64,000 bases of DNA, from positions 1 to 64,000 of IMG/VR virus record IMGVR_UViG_3300046490_000065, one strand, 5' to 3'. The notes below the pieces were generated by a model. The model worked only from the letters and a program-made list of their open reading frames with translations, was not told the origin of the DNA and made no database searches. The first letter of the stretch is position 1. Each line of letters opens with the position of its first letter. The translations under genes were made by a program, and so were the position numbers. This stretch comes from a virus (Duplodnaviria; Caudoviricetes). Below are positions 1 through 8,071 of this stretch, in pieces.

Positions 1-544
1 CTTTGGACCAATGATCCATCGCCGCCAACTCCGGGTACATCCCGATCTGCCCCAGGAACACATCCAGTGTCGCGGCAGCATCGGCTAGAGCCCCGTGGGC
101 GCCATCGTGCTCCCGGCCGCAATACTTCCGCACCGCGTCCTCCAGCTTCTTGGGTTCCTTCTTACTGAAGATCCCGAAGCAGTCGATAACCCGAACCCCG
201 GTGAGATCGAGCTTGTGTCCGGCTCGGCGCAGTTCCTCGTCCAACATTGGAAGGTCCATGCGCCATGGGTTGTATCCGGCCAGATCCTTACCTGCTATCG
301 ATCTGGCCACCTTACCGGCGTAGTCGGCGAACAGTGGGCAGTCCTTGACGTCCTCGTCGGTGATTCCGTGGACCTCCGTTGAGGCCGGCGGAATCGGCAT
401 CTCCGGGTTGAACCGCTTGCTCCACGGCACCCTCTGTCCATCCGGGAGGTAGGCCACCATGCCTAGCTCGACGATCCGGTCATGCACCGGGTCAACCCCG
501 GTGCTTTCGATATCCAGGAATACTATAGGCCGTTCGATCTTCAC
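1..544 (-). CDS. DEDDh 3'-5' exonuclease (DnaQ/Pol III epsilon-like), runs off window start
   Basis: Manual translation from GTG at 544: IVFLDIESTG...IVELG...FNPEMPIPPASTEVHGIT...AGYN...D...HGALADAAAT, matching ExoI/II/III motifs; absent from ORF track because no stop lies in the window. Confidence 0.9.
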   Translation of the reverse strand, partial: MKIERPIVFLDIESTGVDPVHDRIVELGMVAYLPDGQRVPWSKRFNPEMPIPPASTEVHGITDEDVKDCPLFADYAGKVARSIAGKDLAGYNPWRMDLPMLDEELRRAGHKLDLTGVRVIDCFGIFSKKEPKKLEDAVRKYCGREHDGAHGALADAAATLDVFLGQIGMYPELAAMDHWSK

Positions 545-1005
545 TTGTTCCCCTTTACTCTTCGGCGCCGCTCGGCCTCCAGATCCCGCAGCGCCCGCAG
601 CCTGACCCGGCCTTGAGCTTCCCCACCATCCCAGCACCCAGACCGCTCCATGGACTCCAGTTCCGCCAACTCCTCCAGAGTCCGTATCCTCCGGCTGTAA
701 GATCCTACCTGTTCCCACCGGCCGGAGAGGTGGGCCACCACCGCAATCAAGAGTGGAACCACAATGTGGACTACTATCAGCACCGGTCTCGTCGTTGGAA
801 TCCAGTCGCTCATTTTTCTTCTCCCCTTATCACCGCCGCTAAGGCGACGATCTTCTGTTTGGCAGTGGCGTGGAGTAACAGCCAGCGCTCTGTAGTCACC
901 TTCGGCCATCCGGTAGATCGACTCCCGGCTCAACTGGGACGGGCTGCACCCCTCCAACCTGCCGGCCGCCTGAATCCGGCGTTCTTCAATCTCCAACCGG
1001 GTCAT
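541..1005 (-). CDS. hypothetical protein with one hydrophobic segment
   Basis: Start moved to ATG 1005, which overlaps the upstream stop; segment VLIVVHIVVPLLIAVVA. Confidence 0.5.
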   Translation of the reverse strand: MTRLEIEERRIQAAGRLEGCSPSQLSRESIYRMAEGDYRALAVTPRHCQTEDRRLSGGDKGRRKMSDWIPTTRPVLIVVHIVVPLLIAVVAHLSGRWEQVGSYSRRIRTLEELAELESMERSGCWDGGEAQGRVRLRALRDLEAERRRRVKGNK

Positions 1006-1205
1006 AGTATCCACCAACCCTTCACCAGTAAGACTACCGCCTGCGCCACGTTCAGGCTGATCGACGCGAGCAAGAACCACCACAACCGGCGGTCCCGCTG
1101 CTTCACATGTCGCACCTGATCCCATGCCATCCACAACTCGTCCTGCTTCCGTCGCATCGTCGAACGACTCACCACTCCTGCCATATTGTATCCTCCGGCC
1201 ATCAC
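1002..1205 (-). CDS. small hypothetical membrane protein
   Basis: Coupled overlaps with both neighbours; hydrophobic C-terminus. Confidence 0.55.
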   Translation of the reverse strand: MMAGGYNMAGVVSRSTMRRKQDELWMAWDQVRHVKQRDRRLWWFLLASISLNVAQAVVLLVKGWWIL

Positions 1206-1516
1206 GCCACCCCCATCACGTCTCTCGCCCGCAATAAACAACTCTCCGCCGTAGGAGCATGGAACGACTGCTCCAGCGCCTTATCGAAGTCCGTCCGTAG
1301 CGGAAACGGTTTACACTCCACCGGCCGATACCCTAATGTCCGCAAGTCGCTCTCCCCCATCACCGTGTACGGCCGCGTTGTCCAGCTTGGCCGGCGGATC
1401 GCAAACGTCACGCTCGTCCGTTTGTGGTGGCTAACATCCCTCACGATCCGCAGAAGGCCAGCCCCCGACTCTAGCACGTCACCCTTCTTGATGTTCTTGA
1501 TCCAGTCTGATCCCAT
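1202..1516 (-). CDS. hypothetical protein
   Basis: GGAGG SD before ATG 1516; tight operon packing. Confidence 0.6.
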   Translation of the reverse strand: MGSDWIKNIKKGDVLESGAGLLRIVRDVSHHKRTSVTFAIRRPSWTTRPYTVMGESDLRTLGYRPVECKPFPLRTDFDKALEQSFHAPTAESCLLRARDVMGVA

Positions 1517-1694
1517 TACGCCTCCTCCCGGCCAACCGCTCCTGCCTCCGTATCCCCGCCGCCAATGCCACACGAGACACCCACTGCAACCGACACCCCT
1601 CCCGCAACGCTACCTCTTTATAAGGTTGTCCCGCCCGAATCCCATCCAGTATCCGGTTCCGCCGGTTCAACTGCTCTAACCCCTTGGTAGTCAC
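1479..1694 (-). CDS. small helix-turn-helix DNA-binding protein
   Basis: RNRILDGIRAGQPYKEVALREGCRLQWVSRV has an HTH pattern. Confidence 0.6.
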   Translation of the reverse strand: MTTKGLEQLNRRNRILDGIRAGQPYKEVALREGCRLQWVSRVALAAGIRRQERLAGRRRNGIRLDQEHQEG

Positions 1695-1990
1695 ACCACC
1701 TCCCGATCCTTCTTGCGCTGCAATCGGTCGATCTCGGCCGCAATCAAGGCTCCGGCCTTCACAAGGTTACGGATCGGATCGGGCGACGGCTTCCACCAGC
1801 GAAGATCCCACGGCCACGACAATGGACGCGGGTAGTCCGAGTGCTGTATCTGGCACACCGCGTTTCCCGCATAACTCACCGCCGCCTGCGTCAGGTCTCC
1901 GAAGCGGTGCTCGTCGTCGTGCTCGGCCGTCCACCCCTCCACAGAAACCTGCCTCTCCCTTTCTGCCGATATCCTCTCGATGCCCGTCAT
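1691..1990 (-). CDS. conserved phage hypothetical protein
   Basis: AERERQ..EGWTAEHDDEH...WPW...WWKP...RNLVKAGALIAAEIDR is a motif string I recognise from phage proteins. Confidence 0.75.
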   Translation of the reverse strand: MTGIERISAERERQVSVEGWTAEHDDEHRFGDLTQAAVSYAGNAVCQIQHSDYPRPLSWPWDLRWWKPSPDPIRNLVKAGALIAAEIDRLQRKKDREVV

Positions 1991-1991
1991 G

Positions 1992-2549
1992 CTATACCAC
2001 CTCCTGTATCTCGAACCGCCACGCCCGCTCCTTCTCCATCGAGAGGGCCATCTGGACCAGCCACCTCAGATTTGTCACCGTCTCCGGCAAGCCATCCACC
2101 GGCCACAATCCCACCGGCTCATCCGTACACGTCTCCAGATTCAAGATCGCGTCCGAGAAGCAGAGGAAGTAGTGGACCTGGAACGTAACCTCTCCCGGCG
2201 TCTTCTCCGACCCGGAGATCGTCGCGAACTGGCGCCACCGCACCAACCACTCCCGCGACGGCAGACTAACGCCAGCTTCTTCCAGGAACTCCCGACGCAT
2301 CGCTTCCTCTACCCTCTCTCCTAGTTCCACCTTCCCACCAACCCCGTTCCACTTCCCAGCCTGCCACTCCGGCCGGTTCTTATGGACCAGCGCCACAGAC
2401 TCCCGATCCTCGCTGAACAGCAGCCCTACCACGTATTCGATCGTCCCACTCGGCGCTGTCGCCTGCCTGTGCTCCTGCAAATACTCCGCCACGTACTCGT
2501 CGTTCAGCCTGTCCGCCTCACCCCACCCCGCTGGTTTCGTTTCACTCAC
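1992..2549 (-). CDS. NUDIX hydrolase
   Basis: Nudix box GGKVELGERVEEAMRREFLEEAGV. Confidence 0.92.
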   Translation of the reverse strand: MSETKPAGWGEADRLNDEYVAEYLQEHRQATAPSGTIEYVVGLLFSEDRESVALVHKNRPEWQAGKWNGVGGKVELGERVEEAMRREFLEEAGVSLPSREWLVRWRQFATISGSEKTPGEVTFQVHYFLCFSDAILNLETCTDEPVGLWPVDGLPETVTNLRWLVQMALSMEKERAWRFEIQEVV

Positions 2550-2923
2550 ACCGACCTCCCAACCCCTTGCACCACCGCACTAAACTCCGGCAACACCCGC
2601 CCGTCCTCCGTGTCCATCCGCGCCCACAAGTGCAGACAGTTCGGATGAATGTTCACATACTTCGACGTCGGCGGAAGCACCGCGTAAGCGTACCGATCCC
2701 CAATGAACGCGGCCTTCACCTTACATGTGTCCGCGTGGTTCGGTACCCAGTCCTTCCGCGAGTAGCTCACATGCAACCACGGGTTGCCGTCTTCCTTGAA
2801 CTCGCAGTCCACCAACACCCGAATCCCGCCACCGTCTTCCCGTAACGCAAACCCGTCACCCCAGCGCTGCAAAACTGTCCAACCCTTCGGTGCGTGAAAG
2901 TGCCACTCGAACCGCTCCATCAA
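2546..2923 (-). CDS. conserved phage hypothetical protein
   Basis: WLHVSYSR...YVNIHPNCLHLW motif, common in phage genomes. Confidence 0.7.
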   Translation of the reverse strand: MMERFEWHFHAPKGWTVLQRWGDGFALREDGGGIRVLVDCEFKEDGNPWLHVSYSRKDWVPNHADTCKVKAAFIGDRYAYAVLPPTSKYVNIHPNCLHLWARMDTEDGRVLPEFSAVVQGVGRSV

Positions 2924-3393
2924 TCACCGCCCATCAACATCGCCCGCACCGCCTGCCACTCGTGATTCCGGAATGCAGACCCGGCGTATATCCTCAGTTC
3001 ACCTCGATGGTTGTGACCATTTTCCTCGATGTATCGTTGCGCCCCTGCCTCCGTGAAGAACGGCTGCACATACTCCCAGTACTCGTGATACCCCACCCGA
3101 CGCAGTTGGTCGCATCGGCCCTCGCTCAAAACCCAACCACCTCTCCCGTCCTCTTCAACCACCGGCTCATCGCCGTGGTCTCCGTACCAAGCCTCCGCCA
3201 GCACCGCCAACTCCGCCGAAACCTCCCCCTCGTCCGGCCACATCCACGCAATCTTCGGATCGTAGTCAGTGTCGATCCCGTATACCCGCTTCCGCTCCTG
3301 AACCTCGAATATCGGATGCGCCGTGATCCGGTTGTTCTGCGTCCGCAACCGCTCCCCCATCGCGTCAAGGCTGAACATGTCGCTCGCCATCAC
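2920..3393 (-). CDS. conserved phage protein (Ead/Ea22-associated-like domain)
   Basis: RTQNNRITAHPIFEVQ...FFTEAGAQRYIEENGHNH...RIYAGSAFRN. Confidence 0.6.
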   Translation of the reverse strand: MMASDMFSLDAMGERLRTQNNRITAHPIFEVQERKRVYGIDTDYDPKIAWMWPDEGEVSAELAVLAEAWYGDHGDEPVVEEDGRGGWVLSEGRCDQLRRVGYHEYWEYVQPFFTEAGAQRYIEENGHNHRGELRIYAGSAFRNHEWQAVRAMLMGGD

Positions 3394-3587
3394 TCTCCTC
3401 CACCTTTCCTTACCCCCGGCTCCGGCGCCGCGTCAATCGCCTCGCGCAGCGAATGGTACAGCCATTCTTTCCCCTTCCTCGGCCGCGCGATAATCCTCCC
3501 ACTCGCCGTCACCCCATACCAGTGCCGGTGCATCACCACCGCCTCTATCCGCTCCAACTTGTCCAGCCTCTCTGTGTCCGTCACCAT
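3390..3587 (-). CDS. hypothetical protein
   Basis: Operon packing with SD. Confidence 0.55.
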   Translation of the reverse strand: MVTDTERLDKLERIEAVVMHRHWYGVTASGRIIARPRKGKEWLYHSLREAIDAAPEPGVRKGGGE

Positions 3588-3976
3588 ACCTCCGGATCCT
3601 CCTCCACCACCTGCCCATCCCCCACCCGCTCCACCCTCGTCTTCACCACCATACGCTTCAGCCGCCCTGCCCGCCTAGGCTTCACTTCCGCCGACGCGGC
3701 ATCAGAAACCCCAACAACGTCCACCACACCAACAACCCCAACACTACCCAGACTCCCGTCATCTTGAACGTCCTCCACTTCTCTTGTAGACACTTCACCA
3801 GCCCCACGCTCCCCCACCGGACCTGCCCCTGCCACCCCACTCCCCACCGGCCTCCCTCCTCCCTCCGCACGCTCCCTGTCCTTATCCCACAGCCGACTCC
3901 CACACCACCGACACGTCTTCGGCTCCTTCTTCACCCCCCACCAGTTCTTCTTGCACCGCTTACAGAAATGCCACAT
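3581..3976 (-). CDS. Zn-ribbon protein, first gene of leftward operon
   Basis: CKRC...CRWC at N-terminus. Confidence 0.65.
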   Translation of the reverse strand: MWHFCKRCKKNWWGVKKEPKTCRWCGSRLWDKDRERAEGGGRPVGSGVAGAGPVGERGAGEVSTREVEDVQDDGSLGSVGVVGVVDVVGVSDAASAEVKPRRAGRLKRMVVKTRVERVGDGQVVEEDPEVW

Positions 3977-4020
3977 TATTTCTTATTTATCGCATAATAG
4001 GAAATAATAGTCAAGAGGTT
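3976..4020 (-). promoter_or_regulatory. leftward promoter-like element with overlapping AT-rich inverted repeat
   Basis: Minus strand reads AACCTCTTGACT, identical to the 12-mers at about 21200 and 40363; imperfect IR TTATTTCTTATTTAT-CGC-ATAATAGGAAATAA lies directly before ATG 3976; no clean -10 at 17 bp. Confidence 0.55.
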
Positions 4021-4341
4021 TCTTGAAATATTTTCTACCTTATATATAGGGCCGGATGGGGTTCAATCCTGTTTCCGGCACCCGTCGTCCCGGCACCCCT
4101 ACCCCCTGGGCACTGTCCTACAGCTACGCGCGAGACAGTGCCGACCGCTACGCGCGAACTGTCGCGCACACACATGCGAGACACACGTGCCTCCCCACTG
4201 TCCCGCACACGCTCGCAGGACGTTGCTGAATCCGCCGAAAACGCACCAAAATGCCCGCATTCGCAAAGTGCTGAAAACGCGGCAGTTAGCGAAATAACTT
4301 GCATTGCCCGCCAGGGTGCCGCAGTATTGTGCTGCAAGCAA

Positions 4342-4990
4342 GTGGCGGACAGGAACCGCCGCCTAGGGAAAGGCCGAAAGGCGCTGGTGAGCAGTAGGGA
4401 AAGTATCCCCGAACCAATCAGCCGATAGGCGGAGGATGGAAGCTGATAGTTTGCGGAGTAAAGCCCACACAAGTCCTGGATTCCCCACTGCGGGGATGAA
4501 GCGGAGAGAACGGCAAGACTAACGGCGATGGTTCTGGCAATGAGCTAAGGATCTGGGCGTAGGGTCTGGAAGCATTGACAACTGAATACCGATGGACCTG
4601 GAGAAAACCTGCGGCACACACCGTAGGGGTAATGACCACTGGCCAAACGGAGCCTGAGCGGACTAGCGAACTGAATGATCGGGTAGCTGTTAGGGCCGGC
4701 AGAGTAGAGCATGGACGGCCAAGAGACATGGCGTAGACTGCCGGTACTGGAGATAGAATCTGATCGCGGGCTGGATAGAGCACCACTGATCGTAACCCAG
4801 GTGAAGGAGATGGGCTGATAACCCATGCCGGTCCAATGTTGGACGGGCGAAAGGGATCGAGCAATGAATTGAATGGCTTGCGGGGAGTACGGGTGGAGCA
4901 CGGCTATGCCGAGGAAGCACATCCGACACTCCCCGCATGACTACCAGACGGCTGGAGAGACATACTCCAGTCGCCCGGTGGCCATAGGCC
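4342..4990 (+). ncRNA. candidate large structured non-coding RNA or long leader
   Basis: No credible ORF; purine-rich; many stems (GTGGCGG/CCGCCGC, CCGCCTA/TAGGCGG, CCTGCGG/CCGTAGG, CCGGCAG/CTGCCGG, TGCGGGGAGT/ACTCCCCGCA, GGCTGGAG/CTCCAGTC) and a GCC-GAAA-GGC tetraloop. Confidence 0.5.
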
Positions 4991-5006
4991 AACAAGGAGA
5001 ACTACA

Positions 5007-5420
5007 ATGGCAGCTAACGTGATGTCCCTGAACTATCTGCGCCCTGGCTTCGCGGTCTTAACCCCGATGCCTACTCCCACCGTGGAGACGCCCAAACCCG
5101 TTGAGGTGAAGGCCAAGACGAAGACCGCTCCCAAGTCCGTCCGTAATTGGCTGGCCGAAGCCGAGAACGCTATCAGTCATGCGATGGAACTGTCCAAGGA
5201 TCAGCGGTTTAACGCCGACCTGACTGCGGCATGGGGTGCCGTGCTCAAGGCCCAGAACACCGTCCTGCGGGCTGAGAATGGCACACTCCCGCTGGTCAAG
5301 TCCACGGGGATCGCTTGCGAGTTCTGCGGGAAGGATCTGACTGCGGCCGAGATCCAGGCCCAGACCGAAGCTGGCGGAGAGATCGAAGCCATGTGCGATG
5401 CTTGCGCCGAGGCGGTGTAG
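5007..5420 (+). CDS. hypothetical protein with C-terminal Zn finger
   Basis: AAGGAG SD; CEFC...CDAC. Confidence 0.75.
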   Translation: MAANVMSLNYLRPGFAVLTPMPTPTVETPKPVEVKAKTKTAPKSVRNWLAEAENAISHAMELSKDQRFNADLTAAWGAVLKAQNTVLRAENGTLPLVKSTGIACEFCGKDLTAAEIQAQTEAGGEIEAMCDACAEAV

Positions 5421-5422
5421 CC

Positions 5423-5623
5423 ATGGGGAAGATCAGGACTATCTGGGCGGACTACCGCCAAACCGTTCCTCCAGCAACGAAACGGGCGGCCACCATGGCT
5501 GCCCGTAAGCACGACCAGGGGTGCGCCTGCCACAGCGTAGACCTCGTGAAGTGCCCGGACTATCGGCCGCAGGTGTGGGATAGCTTTCGCCGGCTGGCCC
5601 AGGCTCCCAAGTGGGCGGTGTAG
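5423..5623 (+). CDS. small hypothetical protein
   Basis: ATG 2 nt after upstream stop. Confidence 0.5.
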   Translation: MGKIRTIWADYRQTVPPATKRAATMAARKHDQGCACHSVDLVKCPDYRPQVWDSFRRLAQAPKWAV

Positions 5624-5625
5624 CC

Positions 5626-5769
5626 ATGGCCGACATCATGACGCTGCTGAACGCCGTTATGGCCTTTCTTTGCACCACCACCGGGATCGTGGTGGGTCTT
5701 TCCACGCTGGTGGTGGTCTTAGCCAAATGGGTATGGGCCGCCGTCCGGATGGACGCATCGTTCAAGTAG
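5626..5769 (+). CDS. 47-aa membrane peptide
   Basis: Manual translation MADIMTLLNAVMAFLCTTTGIVVGLSTLVVVLAKWVW...; not in ORF track. Confidence 0.45.
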   Translation: MADIMTLLNAVMAFLCTTTGIVVGLSTLVVVLAKWVWAAVRMDASFK

Positions 5770-5830
5770 GCCATTGGCCCACCTAGATGGCGTTGATGCG
5801 ACAGCGCCATCGAATGGTCCAAGGACCACT

Positions 5831-5868
5831 GCCTGTGGAGCACGGCTATGCCGGGGAAGCACACAGGC
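5831..5868 (+). promoter_or_regulatory. structured leader motif, second copy of the element at 4879-4937
   Basis: 29-nt core is 28/29 identical to 4893-4921 and is closed by a different stem, GCCTGTG/CACAGGC. Confidence 0.6.
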
Positions 5869-5893
5869 TAATCAACAACATAGGAGCACTATC

Positions 5894-6259
5894 ATGTCCA
5901 CAGTGAGCGTTACCCCCACCGGAAAGCCCAATGGCGTCGATGTCATGGCCGCCACGTTCGCCCAGAAACAGGCCGAGATCGGCGCCATCAAGGCCAAGGC
6001 CACGGAGTCGGAGCTTGCCATGGCCGCCGTTATCGCCCAACTCAAGGCGGAGAACGAAGCCCTGAAGAAAGGCAAGGTGGCGGCCGGTGTACTCTCCGTC
6101 AAGGTCAGCGAGAAGGGCGCCATCAGCGTCTACGGCCTCGGCAAGTTCCCGGTGACTCTGTACCAGGAACAGATGAACCGCCTGCTGGACCACGCCGACT
6201 CCATTCGGGAGTTCATGAAGACGAACGCCAGCCAGTTATCCGTCAAGTCGGCCAAGTAG
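5894..6259 (+). CDS. conserved hypothetical protein (possible PC4-like nucleic-acid-binding domain)
   Basis: KVSEKGAISVYGLGKFPVTLYQEQ motif; AGGAG SD; the fold is a guess. Confidence 0.7.
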   Translation: MSTVSVTPTGKPNGVDVMAATFAQKQAEIGAIKAKATESELAMAAVIAQLKAENEALKKGKVAAGVLSVKVSEKGAISVYGLGKFPVTLYQEQMNRLLDHADSIREFMKTNASQLSVKSAK

Positions 6260-6401
6260 CTCAGTCCTGAGCGGGACTGTCCGGGTGCTCTGTGAACGAC
6301 AGAGCACCTCATAGGCCGCTCAGTACCACCCAAATCCGGTCCAATGTTGGACTGGCCTATCGGCTCGGGTATGGCCTAATCCGGGCTTTTTCCGCTTCCT
6401 C

Positions 6402-6437
6402 TTGACTGGGCCTGCGTGGTATAGCTTAGCTATACCA
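6402..6437 (+). promoter_or_regulatory. TTGACT -35 box followed by a 21-bp inverted repeat
   Basis: TTGACT at 6402; TGGTATAGCT-T-AGCTATACCA at 6417-6437. Confidence 0.5.
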
Positions 6438-6483
6438 ACTCGGGTGTACTCTTGTCAATTGGAGCACCACAAAGGAGAACGAC

Positions 6484-6804
6484 ATGGAGCAAGAGAAGGC
6501 AGAGGGACAGGAGCTAATCGAACGTCTACGAGTTGAGCGGCCCGATGTTGCCATCGTCGTGTCGAGAACAATCGACATGAACTTCCAATGGGACGGGGAT
6601 GGACCTGACCCGGCCGAAGACGGCTTGGAGCCGTACGACGTGGAGGTCGCGGCCATCACGATCAGAAGAGGCGTGGTCTACGAGGGTACGGACCACCTCG
6701 GAGGATCGTACTTCGCCCACGATGAGCCCATCGGAGAAGTCCATGGATACTTGAAGCAGATGGTGCTGGAGGCGCTCGAAGAACTCGCAGTGGTGTTGCC
6801 ATGA
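6484..6804 (+). CDS. acidic hypothetical protein
   Basis: AAGGAG SD. Confidence 0.7.
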   Translation: MEQEKAEGQELIERLRVERPDVAIVVSRTIDMNFQWDGDGPDPAEDGLEPYDVEVAAITIRRGVVYEGTDHLGGSYFAHDEPIGEVHGYLKQMVLEALEELAVVLP

Positions 6805-7094
6805 GATCCGCTAACCTGCTCCCAACATCCAAGCGCCTGTCGAAGACGGACCTGGACGGGCTTATCGAGAGCCTGATAGCCCTTCCCGTTGCGGAGGTCC
6901 ACTACCCGACCACCCGGCAGGTGTGTATGAACCCGAAGCGGGCGTGTGACGCCTGCTACTTCCACGAATCGAAGTGGTGCCTGCCGCATGAGCGGCAGGC
7001 GAAGGCCCAAGCCGACCTGAGAGCCTTTATCGAACTCGAACACTCCACCAGCATCGAGGAGGCTTATGCCGCTACGATGGAAGCATGTGCGTGA
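6801..7094 (+). CDS. hypothetical Cys-containing protein
   Basis: ATGA overlap with upstream gene. Confidence 0.6.
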   Translation: MRSANLLPTSKRLSKTDLDGLIESLIALPVAEVHYPTTRQVCMNPKRACDACYFHESKWCLPHERQAKAQADLRAFIELEHSTSIEEAYAATMEACA

Positions 7095-7201
7095 GTATCC
7101 TCGGATGGAGACTCCCAATGGAAACCGCCGACGACTCCAGGCCAGCAATGCCCGGCGCCGCCGAATCAACCGTCATCAACAACGAGTGAGGAAATACGAC
7201 C

Positions 7202-7456
7202 ATGATGTGGCTTAACACGCTTCTTTTGATGCTCCGTATCGGGTCCAGCGACCCAGTTAACTACCGGATGTACTGGTCCATAGTGGACCATGAGCGGGCG
7301 GCCGGCTGCCGTGTCTACAACTACATCTACGACTCCTGCCCCGGCATGGACCGAATCGGTGGGATGGCCATACCGGCGGATGCGGTGGAATACTACGAGG
7401 AGCCGATCCTTCAACGCCTGCCGAATCGCATTCCTCGCGGATGGGGGCGGCGATGA
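7202..7456 (+). CDS. hypothetical protein
   Basis: GAGG SD. Confidence 0.5.
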   Translation: MMWLNTLLLMLRIGSSDPVNYRMYWSIVDHERAAGCRVYNYIYDSCPGMDRIGGMAIPADAVEYYEEPILQRLPNRIPRGWGRR

Positions 7457-7547
7457 ACACTCCCGTCGAAGTCGTGATCGGCTGCGTCCTGATCGGGCTG
7501 GCGGCCGTGACTATCACATGGCTGTGGGTCGGAAAGAGGTACTGGCA

Positions 7548-7784
7548 ATGACGGACCTGATGTGGTGGGACTATAGCGACCTGAAGGCCAACGTGACGGC
7601 TGCCATTGCCGATGCACAGGCTGCGCTGGCCGACGATACGGAGATGAGGGAGGCGCTGGAGATCGCTCTCCTTGAGGGGGATGGCGGCATCGACGTATGC
7701 CCGTCATGCGGTGGTGGATCGCTCCGCAGTAAGTGCGAGGTGTGCCACATGACTGGGTACATCTTCCTCCGATCTATTCAGTAA
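7548..7784 (+). CDS. small Zn-finger protein
   Basis: CPSCGGG...CEVCHMTG (DnaJ-like CxxCxGxG pattern). Confidence 0.6.
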   Translation: MTDLMWWDYSDLKANVTAAIADAQAALADDTEMREALEIALLEGDGGIDVCPSCGGGSLRSKCEVCHMTGYIFLRSIQ

Positions 7785-7894
7785 CTCGCAGAGGACAGCG
7801 CGTCGTGATGATGCTCTGTAATGCGGCTGGACGGTTCCAAGCCCGTCCGCATTCGGTCCAATGTTGGACCGTACTTCAACACAGGAGAACCTTG

Positions 7895-8071
7895 ATGGAC
7901 CCAAAATCAAACCTGCAAGAGCAACTGAGGATTGCTGCCCATATCGTCTGGGCAGTAGATAATGACCGCTGGATCGAGCCGGACCAAACCGATGCAGCCC
8001 GCTTAGCTGAATTGGTCATTGCGCTCGACGAATGGCGGCGGAAGGGAGGCTTTGACCCCTATGCGTCATAA
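7895..8071 (+). CDS. small hypothetical protein
   Basis: ACAGGAG SD; LAELVIALDEWRRKGGF. Confidence 0.65.
   Translation: MDPKSNLQEQLRIAAHIVWAVDNDRWIEPDQTDAARLAELVIALDEWRRKGGFDPYAS

Noticed and set aside
95-3997. Plus-strand Pro/His-rich ORFs over the leftward operon
   Set aside because: Shadow frames of G-rich minus-strand genes that have coupled starts and recognisable motifs.
4035-4995. Minus- and plus-strand ORFs in the divergent region
   Set aside because: No SD, atypical composition and mutually overlapping; a non-coding reading fits better.
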